This document shows positions 50,612 to 64,000 of a stretch of 64,000 bases of DNA, in pieces. Origin of the DNA: Euprymna scolopes (taxonomy: Eukaryota); the NCBI GenBank assembly GCA_053919585.1, contig CM132791.1. The stretch is one strand, 5' to 3'. The notes under the pieces were generated by a model, which was not told the DNA's origin, made no database searches, and worked only from the letters and a program-made list of their open reading frames with translations. The position numbers and the translations under genes were made by a program. The stretch's first letter is position 1; each line of letters begins with the position of its first letter.

Positions 50612-51210
50612 TATAGGAGGACGTCAACACATCCCTGCAAGAGTTGCAAAAGCCTAATGGCGTCATTTCCCTTAATAAGGATGTACATGCAACGGGAGTC
50701 CGCTTGTGAATCTCATATTCCCATGAAACTTCCTCCTTTAGAGCAAACTGATTAAACCCGCACAGAGTTAGTGCCATTGCCATTTTCCATATATATCGCG
50801 ATATATACTAGTGGACGAACAACTAATGTAATCAGTGCCCATATTAGAAATATTTTATACTTCCATGAATTATAGCAATTAGTAGGCAGGCACTAGTCCT
50901 AACTTGGCCTAATGGTGGAATTTCATATTGCTAGCCACACTGATGAGACACTGGAGGTCCATCCAAAAAATAGTGTCACACTCCTACGGGCATTTAATAT
51001 AGTTCGAACCTTTTCTTTCCTTTTCTTTTTCTGCCCTTTCTTTCCTTCTTTTTACACCGTCTGAATTCCAACATTGTCATATATCAATAATATCTTCCAA
51101 ACTAACTGTGCTGACATGTTATAGATTGCTATGTAAGCAGGTAAATAAACATTGTTAAAAATTAGGTATTAGTAATGAAAGATGATAAATAATGACCAAC
51201 ACGGGGACCA

Positions 51211-54200
51211 GATTTGTAAATAACATATATAATAGTAAAAGTAATGATGAAGATTTGTAAATAACATATATAATAGTAAAAGTAATGATGAAAATTTGTA
51301 AATAATATATATAATAGTAAAGGTAATGATAGAGGATTTGTAAATAAATTATATAATAGTAAAAGTAATGATGAAGATTTGTTAATAACATATATAATGG
51401 CACAGGTTATTATGAAGATTTCTAAATTAATTATATGATAGTAAACGTAATGATGAAGATTTGTCAATACCATATATAATAGTAAAGGTTATGATGAAGA
51501 TTTGTCAATAACATATATAATAGTTAAGGTAATGATAAAGATTTGTGAATAAATTATATAATAGTAAAGGTAATGATGAAGATTAGTAAATAACATATAT
51601 AATATAAAAGTAATGATGAAGATTTGTAAATAACATATATAATAGTAAACGTAATGATGAAGATTTGTCAATACCATATATAATAGTTAAGGTAATGATA
51701 AAGATTTGTAAATAAATTATATAATAGTAAAAGTAATGATGAAGATTTGTAAATAACATATATAATAGTAAAAGTAATGATGAAGATTTGTTAATAACAT
51801 ATATAATAGTAAAAGTAATGATAAAGATGTGTAAATAACATATATAATAGTAAAGGTAATGATGAAGATTTGTAAATAAATTATATAATAGTAAAGGTAA
51901 TGATGAAGATTTGTAAATAACATATATGATATAAAAGTAATGATGAAGATTTGTAAATAACATATATAATATAAAGGTAATGATCAAGATTTGTAAATAA
52001 CATATGTAATAGTAAAAGTAATGATGAAGATTTGTCAATAACATATATAATAGTAAAGGTAATGATAGAGATTTGTAAATAACATATATAATAGTAAAAG
52101 TAATCATGAAGATTTGTCAATAACATATATAATAGTAAAGGTAATGATAGAGATTTGTAAATAACATATATTATAGTAAAAGTAATCATGAAGATTTGTA
52201 AATAACATATATAATAGTAAAGGTAATGATGAAGATTTGTAAATAAATTATATAATAGTAAAATAATGACGAAGATTTGTAAATAACATATATAATATAA
52301 AGGTAATCATCAAGATTTTTAAATAACATATATAATATTAAAAGTAATGATGAAGATTTGTGAATAACATATATTATATTGAAAGTAATGATGAAGATTT
52401 GTAAATAACATATATAATAGTAAAGGTAATGATGAGGATTTGTAAATAACATATGCAATATAAAGGTAATGATGAAGATTTGTGAATAACGTATATAATA
52501 TAAAGGTAATAACCAAGATTTGTAAATAACATATGTAATAGTAAAAGTAATGTTGAAGATTTGTAAATAAATTATATAATATAAAGGTAATGATGAAGAT
52601 TTGTAAATAACATATATAATAGTAAAAGTAATGATAAAGATTTGTAAATAACATACATAATAATAAAGGTCATGTTGAAGATTTGTAATTAACATATAGT
52701 ATAGTACAGGTCATGATTAAGATTTGTAAATAACATATATAATAGTAAAGTAATGATGAAGAATGTAAATAACATATATTATAGTAAAGGTAATGATCAA
52801 GGTTTGTAAATAAATTATATAATAGTAAACGTAATGATGAAGATTTGTAAATAACATATATGATAGTAAAAATAATGAAGATTTGTAAATAACATATATA
52901 ATAGTAAAAGTAATGATGAAGATTTGTAAATAAATTATATAATAGTAAAAGTAATCATGAAGATTTGTAAATAAATTATATAATACTAAAGGTAATGATG
53001 AAGATTTGTAAATAAAATATGTAATAGTAAAGGTAATGATGAAGATTTGTAAATAAGATATATTATAGTAAAAATAATGATGAAGATTTGTAAATGAATT
53101 ATATAATATTAAAGGTAATGATGAAGATTTGTAAATAAATTATATTATAGTAAAAATAATGATAAAGATTTGTAAATAACATGTATAATAGTAAAAATAA
53201 TGAAGATTTGTAAATAAATTATATTATAGTAAAAATAATGATTAAGATTTGTAAATAACATATATAATAGTAAAAGTAATGATGAAGATTTGTAAAAACA
53301 TACATAATAGTGAAGGTAATGATGAAGATTTGTAAATAACATATATTATAGTAAAAGTAATGATGAAAATTTCTAAATAACATATATAATAGTAAAAGTA
53401 ATGATGAAGATTTCTAAATAACATATATAATAGTAAAAGTAATGATGAAGATTTCTAAATAACAAAAGTAATAGTAATGGTAATGATGAAGATTTGTAAA
53501 TAACATATGTAATAGTAAAAGTAATGATGAAGATTTCTAAATAACATATATAATAGTAAAAGTAATGATGAAGATTTCTAAATAACATATATAATCGTAA
53601 AGGTCATAATGAAGATTTGTAAATAACATATGTAATAGTAAAAGTAATGATGAAGATTTCTAAATAACATATATAATAGTAAAAGTAATGATGAAGATTT
53701 CTAAATAACAAAAGTAATAGTAATGGTAATGATGAAGATTTGTAAATAACATATGTAATAGTAAAAGTAATGATGAAGATTTCTAAATAACATATATAAT
53801 AGTAAAGGTCATAATGAAGATTTGTAAATAACATATGTAATAGTAAAAGTAATGATGAAGATTTGTAAATAACATATGTAATAGTAAAAGTAATGATGAA
53901 GATTTGTAAATAACATATGTAATAGTAAAAGTAATGATGAAGATTTTTAAATAACATATGTAATAGTAAAGGTAATGATGAAGATTTGTAAATGAATTAT
54001 ATAATAGTAAAAGTAATGATGAAGATTTGTAAATAGCATATATAATAGTAAAAGTAATGATGAAGATTTGTAAATAACATATATAATAGTAAAAGTAATG
54101 ATGAAGATTTTTAAATAACATATGTAATAGTAAAAGTAATGATGAAGATTTGTAAATAACATATATAATAGTAAAAGTAATGATGAAGATTTGTAAATAA

Positions 54201-57200
54201 CATATATTATAGTAAAGGTAATGATGAAGATTTGTAAATAAATTATATAATAGTAAAAGTAATTATGGAGATTTGTAAATAAATTATATAATAGTAAAGG
54301 TAATGATGAAGATTTGTAAATAACATATATAATAGTAAATGTAATGATGAAGATTTGTAAATAACATATATGATAGTAAAAGTAATGATGAAGATTTGTG
54401 AATAAATTATATAATACTAAAGGTAATGATGAAGATTTGTAAATAACATATATAATAGTAAAATAATGATGAAGATTTGTAAATGAATTATATAATAGTA
54501 AAGGTAATTATGAAGATTTGTAAATAAATTATATTATAGTAAAAGTAATGATAAAGATTTGCAAATAACATATATAGTAGTAAAAGTAATGATGAAGATT
54601 TGTAAATAACATATATAATATAAAGGTAATGATGAAGATTTGTAAATAAATTATATAATAGTAAAGGTAATGATGAAGATTTGTAAATAACATATGTAAT
54701 AGTAAAAGTAATGATGAAGATTGTTAAATAAATTATATAATAGTAAAGGTAATGATGAAGATTTGTAAATAAATTATATAATAGTAAAAGTAATGATGAA
54801 GATTTGTAAATAACATATGTAATAGTAAAAGTAATGATGAAGATTTGTAAATAAATTATATAATAGTAAAGGTAATGATGAAGATTTGTAAATAATATAT
54901 ATAATAGTAAAAGTAATGATGAAGATTTGTAAATAACATATATAATAGTAAAGGTAATGATGAAGATTTGTAAATAACATATATAATAGTAAAAGTAATG
55001 ATGAAGATTTGTAAATAACATATATAATAGTAAAAGTAATGATGAAGATTTGTAAATAACATATATAATAGTAAAGGTAATGATGAAGATTTGTAAATAA
55101 CATATATAATAATAAAAGTAATGATGAAGATTTGTAAATAACATATATAATAGTAAAATTGATGCTTAATATTTGTAAATAACGTATATAATAGTAAAAG
55201 TAATGATGAAGATTTGTAAATAACGTATATAATAGTAAAAGTAATGATGAAGATTTGTAAATAACATATGTAATAGTAAAGGTAATGATGAAGATTTGTA
55301 AATAACATATATAATAGTAAAAGTAATGATGAAGATTTGTCAATAACATATATAATAGTAAAATTGATGCTGAAGATTTATAAATAACATATATAATAGT
55401 AAAAGTAATTATGAAGATTTGTAAATACCATATATAATAGTAAAAGTAATGATGAAGATTTGTAAATACCATATATAATAGTAAAAGTAATGATGAAGAT
55501 TGTTAAATAAATTATATAATAGTAAAGGTAATGATGAAGATTTGTAAATAACATATATAATAGTAAAATTGATGCTGAAGATTTGTAAATAACATATAAT
55601 AGTTAAAGTAATGATGAAGATTTGTAAATAACATATGTAATAGTAAAGGTAATGATGAAGATTCGTAAATAACATATGTAATAGTAAAGGTAATGATGAA
55701 GATTTCTAAATAACATATATAATCGTAAAGGTCATAATGAAGATTTGTAAATAACATATGTAATAGTAAAAGTAATGATGAAGATTTCTAAATAACATAT
55801 ATAATAGTAAAAGTAATGATGAAGATTTCTAAATAACAAAAGTAATAGTAATGGTAATGATGAAGATTTGTAAATAACATATGTAATAGTAAAAGTAATG
55901 ATGAAGATTTCTAAATAACATATATAATAGTAAAGGTCATAATGAAGATTTGTAAATAACATATGTAATAGTAAAAGTAATGATGAAGATTTGTAAATAA
56001 CATATGTAATAGTAAAAGTAATGATGAAGATTTGTAAATAACATATGTAATAGTAAAAGTAATGATGAAGATTTTTAAATAACATATGTAATAGTAAAGG
56101 TAATGATGAAGATTTGTAAATGAATTATATAATAGTAAAAGTAATGATGAAGATTTGTAAATAGCATATATAATAGTAAAAGTAATGATGAAGATTTGTA
56201 AATAACATATATAATAGTAAAAGTAATGATGAAGATTTTTAAATAACATATGTAATAGTAAAAGTAATGATGAAGATTTGTAAATAACATATATAATAGT
56301 AAAAGTAATGATGAAGATTTGTAAATAACATATATTATAGTAAAGGTAATGATGAAGATTTGTAAATAAATTATATAATAGTAAAAGTAATTATGGAGAT
56401 TTGTAAATAAATTATATAATAGTAAAGGTAATGATGAAGATTTGTAAATAACATATATAATAGTAAATGTAATGATGAAGATTTGTAAATAACATATATG
56501 ATAGTAAAAGTAATGATGAAGATTTGTGAATAAATTATATAATACTAAAGGTAATGATGAAGATTTGTAAATAACATATATAATAGTAAAATAATGATGA
56601 AGATTTGTAAATGAATTATATAATAGTAAAGGTAATTATGAAGATTTGTAAATAAATTATATTATAGTAAAAGTAATGATAAAGATTTGCAAATAACATA
56701 TATAGTAGTAAAAGTAATGATGAAGATTTGTAAATAACATATATAATATAAAGGTAATGATGAAGATTTGTAAATAAATTATATAATAGTAAAGGTAATG
56801 ATGAAGATTTGTAAATAACATATGTAATAGTAAAAGTAATGATGAAGATTGTTAAATAAATTATATAATAGTAAAGGTAATGATGAAGATTTGTAAATAA
56901 ATTATATAATAGTAAAAGTAATGATGAAGATTTGTAAATAACATATGTAATAGTAAAAGTAATGATGAAGATTTGTAAATAAATTATATAATAGTAAAGG
57001 TAATGATGAAGATTTGTAAATAATATATATAATAGTAAAAGTAATGATGAAGATTTGTAAATAACATATATAATAGTAAAGGTAATGATGAAGATTTGTA
57101 AATAACATATATAATAGTAAAAGTAATGATGAAGATTTGTAAATAACATATATAATAGTAAAAGTAATGATGAAGATTTGTAAATAACATATATAATAGT

Positions 57201-58118
57201 AAAGGTAATGATGAAGATTTGTAAATAACATATATAATAATAAAAGTAATGATGAAGATTTGTAAATAACATATATAATAGTAAAATTGATGCTTAATAT
57301 TTGTAAATAACGTATATAATAGTAAAAGTAATGATGAAGATTTGTAAATAACGTATATAATAGTAAAAGTAATGATGAAGATTTGTAAATAACATATGTA
57401 ATAGTAAAGGTAATGATGAAGATTTGTAAATAACATATATAATAGTAAAAGTAATGATGAAGATTTGTCAATAACATATATAATAGTAAAATTGATGCTG
57501 AAGATTTATAAATAACATATATAATAGTAAAAGTAATTATGAAGATTTGTAAATACCATATATAATAGTAAAAGTAATGATGAAGATTTGTAAATACCAT
57601 ATATAATAGTAAAAGTAATGATGAAGATTGTTAAATAAATTATATAATAGTAAAGGTAATGATGAAGATTTGTAAATAACATATATAATAGTAAAATTGA
57701 TGCTGAAGATTTGTAAATAACATATAATAGTTAAAGTAATGATGAAGATTTGTAAATAACATATGTAATAGTAAAGGTAATGATGAAGATTCGTAAATAA
57801 CATATGTAATAGTAAAGGTAATGATGAAGATTTGTAAATAACATATATTATAGTAAAAGTAATGATGAAAGTGCGTAAATAACATATGTAATAGTAAAGG
57901 TAATGATGAAGATTGTTAAATAACATATATAATAGTAAAAGTAATGATGAAGATTTGTAAATAACATATATTATAGTAAAAGTAATGATGAAAGTGCGTA
58001 AATAACATATGTAATAGTAAAGGTAATGATGAAGATTTGTAAATAACATATATAATAGTAAAGGTAATGATGAAGAATTGTAAATAAATTATATAATAGT
58101 AAAAGTAATGTTGAAGAT
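51211..58118. repeat. 41-bp tandem satellite, about 168 units
   Basis: Consensus GATTTGTAAATAACATATATAATAGTAAAAGTAATGATGAA; 2128-bp exact-looking internal duplication. Confidence 0.98.
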
Positions 58119-58520
58119 GTTGTCATCTTGAAGTTCATTTTCACAATATTTTCTTCAGGTGTATCCTGTTGAACTCAGGAATTTCGACAGAATTCCAAAC
58201 AGAACCTTTTATTTACTTCATATGGTTAGTATACTCTAGTTCTATCAGACATGATTGGATAGCGGTCCTCAGTAATTAGCAATTTGTTTTTTTCTCAGGC
58301 GTTCATACTAAGAATTGAACTTTCAACCTTCAGGAGAATATCACTTTCACAATAGATTTTCTAAATACTCTAATCACTGCGCCATTGGGCTTTCCAGATT
58401 TTGACAAAAAGATTGCTGTGTTCGATAAGATACCCGTTAAGAAGGTTGTAGGTTTTATTGACCGAAACGTTCTAAAAATGACACTCAAGATGAGAACAGT
58501 AGTTCGATAACTGTATCAGA
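58119..58520. mobile_element. Two decayed copies (minus then plus) of a short dispersed repeat also seen at about 15370-15530 and 59921-59997
   Basis: Shared AAAGGTTCTGTT, CTGATAGAA, GAAACGT and CTCAAGATGA...CAGTAGTTC blocks. Confidence 0.55.
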
Positions 58521-60267
58521 AATTTGGAGGAATTTTTTACACCCCTAACAGAAAACTACGAATAAAATATAAAAAACTCGTCATTTCTCTGTTTAATGTG
58601 GGTTGTTTATTTGCTGTATGGAATATACTTCCAAAATAGTCTATTAAATTTGTTTTAAAAATAATAGAAATATTATTTTGTATTTTGTAAAAAACAGTGT
58701 TTACAAAATGTTTACAAAATGCCAGCGTTCCTTCATGCAGCCATTTTTTTACGTAATAAAATCAATAGAATTTTACAAGTTAAATATTTTTCAATTTTAA
58801 AACTTTAAAAATCTATCAACATTTTTCTATTGGTTCAATTTTTACGATATTTTCAGTGTCAATTCAAAATTTTATCCTCTTTCTTATAAACCAAATATGA
58901 TATTTTAGACAAACGTTTTTTTTTTTTAAATTCACTCCCCCCCCATTTTGAAATGTCTATTAAAATTGTAATAATTAATTCATGTGCTAAAGTTTTATAT
59001 ATCACAAATTGAAGATAAAAGATCAATAAAACAAATATTCTAAATTAAAACAAAAAAAGAATAGTTTTTGAAATTTACCTGTAAAGTCCAAAGTGTAAAA
59101 CCTTTTTTTTTTAAAAAAACATGTTGATTTTTTTTTTTAATGAAAGCTCATATTATGCTTACATCGTCAAGTAAATACCAGACGCTAACGGTAAATTTTT
59201 CTATTTCATTAAATGTTTTCTTTTTTTAGATATTTAAAAAAAAAAAAAAAGTCGATAAAATATATTAATCAAAAACTCATGTATTTCATTAAAAGAATTC
59301 AAAAAAAAAATCGATGAAGCGGATTTTTTGTTCTAGGGGAAAGACTTGTGAGTGAAATGTGCGTTTCCTTTTAACTACGGAGGATAAAAAATACTAATTT
59401 TGGTTAACACACGCAATAAAAAAGAGACATTATTTATGTCCCTTGGACGAATCCATATTTCATATTAGCAGCAGCAGCTCTTTAAAGCTTCGCGCAAAAC
59501 ACGTTACGAAAATTTTCTACAACCCTCTCTTTAAAAAATTCTTTTATTTAAAAAATACATGGAATTTAAAATATAAATATGGATAAATTCTTAACAATGA
59601 AGAATGGAACTATCCATTTAATAGTATTTTTTTAGGTAAGTGATTTTTTGGCATTTATATATATACATATATTTATAAGCAAGTCAAAATATATTGATTT
59701 TCTTTATATTTTTTTAAAGAAAACCGCTTTAAAAAAACAAATATTGCATAATTTGCTAATAAACCTGTTATTTTTTTTTAAATTTGGTCTTTGCTCCTTT
59801 AATTGAAAAAAAATTAGAGTTTGGATTACATTTTTCAAGTAGTTATAAGCTTCGAAAAATAGTAAGTTGAATTATTAAAGTTCTGATCATCATTTTTAAT
59901 GGCCACTTTCTGATACACCTAGTAGTTCGATGAATCCAAATAATGTGAATAACAAATCTTATCTCAAAAATTCAGAAACGTCACAGAAAGTGTTGATAAG
60001 AAATAATTGATCGTATTCTCCGACGTTTATGGTTAAACTCGAACGTAACTGATGTTGAAGAAACGTCTTGGTGGGTCTGGACGATCAATGTTGCTCAGTT
60101 ATATACTGCGCACGAAGTTTAGATAACTGCTAGAAAGACTGAACAGAAATTGTATTGAGAAAGACGATTAATCCACTGAAAATGTAATAGGTAAGTTGTT
60201 TTGAAAAAGCCAGGTTGAATCGCACAAAAGTGTAGTAAGATAAGTTACTCTGAAAAAAAATCTGCTT

Positions 60268-60774
60268 TGTTATGGAACGGACACATGGAACACCAGTGTC
60301 TGGAAGGGGAGGGAGCTTGCTGAGTTGGTTCAATCGACAGATGGAAGAAGTTGTTAGATGGACGCAGGCGGATCGTGCCACTGATACAGTTCTTTTTGTT
60401 TGTTACTGCAGCAAGATGTAACACACAGCTAGTAGGTGAAGAAAAATACCTCTCTCAGAGGGTGCATTCTGATCAGGTACAAATATAGCTAAGAACGGAT
60501 TTGTGGATATTTTCTGATAGAGGCCTCTTGGCCCTCAGATAATCAACAATACAACTCTCCCGAAAAATTCCTGGGAAAGTGGACATCTTTGGATTCTGTT
60601 GAACTATACTTTATTCTTAGAAAAAAAAGGGGGGGGGGAAACAGTTATTGTTATATTCTCGGTTATTGTTGGGAATACTCGTATCACTTTGTCTTAATGG
60701 GGGCGGGCACGTAATTATGACTTAGCACTCAGAGGTGAGGTGGCTGGAAAATAATTAATCTTCCCTGTATGACA
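60268..60774. mobile_element. Possible solo LTR
   Basis: GC-richer 507-bp block bounded by TGTTAT and ATGACA; no TSD seen. Confidence 0.3.
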
Positions 60775-61161
60775 AAAAAAAAATGTTACAACAAAATCAA
60801 AACATTAAAACAAGAAAACTTCCAGGAACATGATATAGTAATATGCATTTATTAATACAGAAAAAAAGAGAATGGATTTTTTTAAAGAAAATTATGTGAA
60901 TTCGTCATGGAGGAAATGAAAACAACAGAAATAAATATTCGTCACTTTTAGGTGGAATTGACTTGAATTTACGAAAAACAATATTGTAGAAAAATAATTA
61001 TTCAGGAAAACAGTTCCGATTAGGTTAAAAACAGTTCGAGAACATTACATGCTGGGTCGGACATATTGGGTCACGTGATGTAAGCAAAAGGGGAAGTAAC
61101 TCAGTTGAAAGCAGACAGAATTTATTCAGAAAAATAAACATAAATAAACATAACATATGTA

Positions 61162-61621
61162 TGTAATTGACCAGTTAGTTGAATTACGCAACAGTTATTC
61201 ATTTATTGTTGTTGAACTTGCAAAGTTTAACTTCTCTGGATTACTTGAAGGTGACGAAGCAGGTATGGAAATTGTTTCCTTTTGGGTATTTAATGATTTA
61301 AATACCTACCTTATAGGTTTGACATTGAAAAGTGATATGGGATTTGATGCTTGTTCCTTTGTGAGAATGATATTTTTCTCACCCTTTTTATAGCAGGAAA
61401 AAGTATCTTTCTGTGTCGGCGATAGCCCTTTTTTCTTTTCTATACTCTGTTCTGCTTCACGGTTCTAACTGACTTCCATTTTCCTTTTTTTTTCTTATTC
61501 TATGACTCCTACGGTTGTCCTTTCCTCTTAGCATCGGGTTTCTTGTGATTTGATTGGCCTGCCAATCTCTTGCTATTCAAAATGAGAGACTCACTCATAA
61601 GACATCCCTCACTTCATGTCA
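61162..61621 (-). mobile_element. Probable solo LTR
   Basis: Minus strand TGACAT...ATTACA with TATAAAAAGGG (61392-61382) upstream of AATAAA (about 61207-61202); no TSD seen. Confidence 0.5.
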
Positions 61622-62093
61622 GGCAATTCTTGTCTTTTATATATAAGACTGGATGTTTTAGCTTAAAATAGTCTCCTCTGATAATTTTTAGGTTTATAGG
61701 ACAGAATATGTGAACATAATAGTATCATTTTCAAGTCATCTCCTAGATTGCATGAATGATACCAAGAAGAACCAGTATTTATTTATTTCTTGTGGTTAAA
61801 AGTCGTAAAAACTTGACCTTGTACAATGTGCCGTCCATTTCAGAAAAGGGATATAAAAAAATGACTGCTCTTGCTATTTATGGACTGTTGGTCATGTGAG
61901 GTAATGAGATTTGGGAGAAATACACAAATGAGATGCAGTCGGATTTTCAAATGAAAAACCTGTGTGCCTGAAAAAGAGAGGGGGTCAATTTGGCAAGTTC
62001 TGTAAGTTTCAAGTAAGTTCTGAGAGATGTGTGCTGGGGTTTGATACCTAGTATTGTGAGAAAGAGAACGTAATGCTTGGGAATTCTTTCTTG

Positions 62094-62760
62094 GGACTTT
62101 ACTTTCTAATAATACCAACATATTTAACTTCAGATCAGAAATGGCAAATGTTGACAACAGACGACCATGAGTTCTCTTGTTGTTAAATAGACTGTACTTT
62201 TGTCTATTGCAAGTGTAGACATCATACTTTAGATATTGTGTTTTAGTTAATGGATCGATATTTTTACATTTTAAAGATATTAGTGTTGAAAACATTTATA
62301 AAGCCAATTTTGGTACCAATAGATTGTTTTTTAATATATGAAACACAAGTCAAATATTTCAGTTGATACCAACCATCTTCATTGAAATAAACATTAATAG
62401 TTTCTATTTAACAACATGGTTGTCTGTCATCAGCATTTACCGTTTCCGATCGACAATAAAAAAAAGAAAAGAAAAAGATGCCTATAATCTATTAAAGATG
62501 GTCAAGTATTGACTGAAATATATATGTTTCAGTTATTGGAAAAAAAGTCTTTGGGTACCGAAACTGGTTTTATAAATATTTTCTAATGTTTTTAACTCTC
62601 AAGTGCCTTTGAAATGTATAGATATTAATCTGTTTAAAAAAATGTAAATATTTCAGTTTTTGACATCCAATAATTTTTTAACCGAACATTAATTTTAACA
62701 ATTGCAAAGTTTATTTTTTACGTTGGACTTTACTTTCTAATAATACCAACATATTTAACT
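62094..62760. repeat. 36-bp direct repeats flanking an imperfect palindromic segment
   Basis: GGACTTTACTTTCTAATAATACCAACATATTTAACT at 62094-62129 and 62725-62760; diverged inverted arms inside. Confidence 0.8.
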
Positions 62761-62778
62761 GCAAGCTATTTCAGCACA

Positions 62779-64000
62779 ATGACGAAAATAGGAGAACAAG
62801 TAAGGTGAAGCGGCAACATCGTCATGTCGTTTAGTGGAGAACGCAATGTGGTCATGTGGCTTAAAAAGCTGAAGTTGGTGGCAAAGCTGTAAAAGATTGA
62901 AGACATAGTCACATTGATTCCAATGTATTTGGAAGGGAGTGCTCTAACGGTCTAGAAATGGGAGAGACAGATCAGACCATTGCTGAGAGTATTGAGAACT
63001 GATTAATGACCACATTTTCAGAGAGCGCATTCGATGCTTATAAAAAGCTTAGAAGAGTTACCTGGACTGGAGAGTTGGTGGATGTATATGCGGCAGAGAT
63101 AAGGTGACTAGCAGGATTGGCTGGATATGCGGAACACAGCCTTGAGAAGACTGTTAAACTGGCTTTTGTAAGTGGGTTCCCTGACTGCATCTCTATGGAA
63201 CTTACTGAAATTGAAACCATGGAGGTGAAGGAGATTTTGAGGCATGCTAGAGTGCTGGGAAAACAGCCCAGTGAACTGGGGGCAGTTGCAGCATCTGCGG
63301 CAAACAATCAAAGCAGAGAGGAGTGAACATTAATGAAACAAAGTCATAGATTTACCGGTAAATGCTTCAGATGTCAGAGACCCCACCTGATGAGACACTG
63401 TAATGAGCCATGACCAGACATGTGTTCGGTATGGCCAGGTGGGGCACATTAGTAGGAATTGTTCTTTGCTTCCGGGAAATAAGTAAAGGTGAGCTATTGC
63501 GCCAGTAGTCACCCCTTTTATACTGGAAAGGTGTGTGAGAGTTTGTTGCCACAAATAGTGGTCACTATTAATGGGAAGAAGGTTAGAACCCTTGTCGATA
63601 CCGGATGTACCACAATGCTTGTTACTACAAATGTCGCCAACTATTGAAATGGAACCAGCAACATTAGAGCAGTAGATGGCAGAGAAATGAAAAGCTGTGG
63701 ATAAGCCGATGCTGAGATTGTGGTGAGAAATGTGCTGTTGCAACTAAGAGTGATTTGACTGAATAGGTTTATTGCAGGCATTGACATGGTACTGAGCCTG
63801 GATGTGATTCATTGGGAGGCGCTACCATTGCTAAAGGTCAGGTGAAGTTTGACAATCAGATTGCACCAAAAATGGAAAGAAATGCAACCGGAGCCATACT
63901 ATCCAACTGTCAAAATCCAGGCCCTGCCTGATCGAGGATGAGGACTTTTGAGCCTACTTTGATTGAAGCACAGAAATTAGGAACTCGAGATTTATGGAAA
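62779..64000 (+). mobile_element. Decayed Gypsy gag-protease, runs off the window end
   Basis: FSGERNVVMWLKKLKLVAKL, IPMYLEGSAL, CFRCQRPHLMRHC, GQVGHISRNC, LVDTGC remnants with stops. Confidence 0.85.

Noticed and set aside
51155-58049. Many minus-strand ORFs rich in Y, I, L, H
   Set aside because: Translations of the 41-bp satellite in rotating frames; no protein signal.
51211-58118. CRISPR-like regular array
   Set aside because: Units are contiguous with no unique spacers, no cas genes, eukaryotic context.

Overview
AT-rich eukaryotic (invertebrate-like) genomic DNA made almost entirely of transposable elements and repeats; no host protein-coding exon could be identified with confidence. 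Main content: several CR1-group LINE copies (one near full length, single APE-RT ORF with frameshifts), a near-intact IR/DR-type Tc1 transposon (210-bp TIRs, DD34E, one homopolymer frameshift) inserted in an I/Nimb-type LINE ORF1 remnant, older Tc1/mariner relics, a young 5'-truncated RTE LINE with two C-terminal C2H2 fingers embedded in microsatellites and N gaps, a head-to-tail run of non-autonomous Helitron-like units, two decayed Gypsy elements plus probable solo LTRs, a 558-bp near-perfect palindrome, and a 6.9-kb 41-bp satellite with a 2128-bp higher-order duplication. A CpG-rich stretch at about 24.5-32.3 kb looks like promoter DNA of an unseen host gene. The most interesting signals are short elements that join a Pol III head (tRNA-like or 5S-like) to a minimal type-I hammerhead ribozyme core, a compact H-type pseudoknot in an RTE-related cassette, and a 184-bp templated inverted copy of nearby DNA fused to the 5' end of a truncated LINE. 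All family assignments are by motif recognition only; no searches were run.
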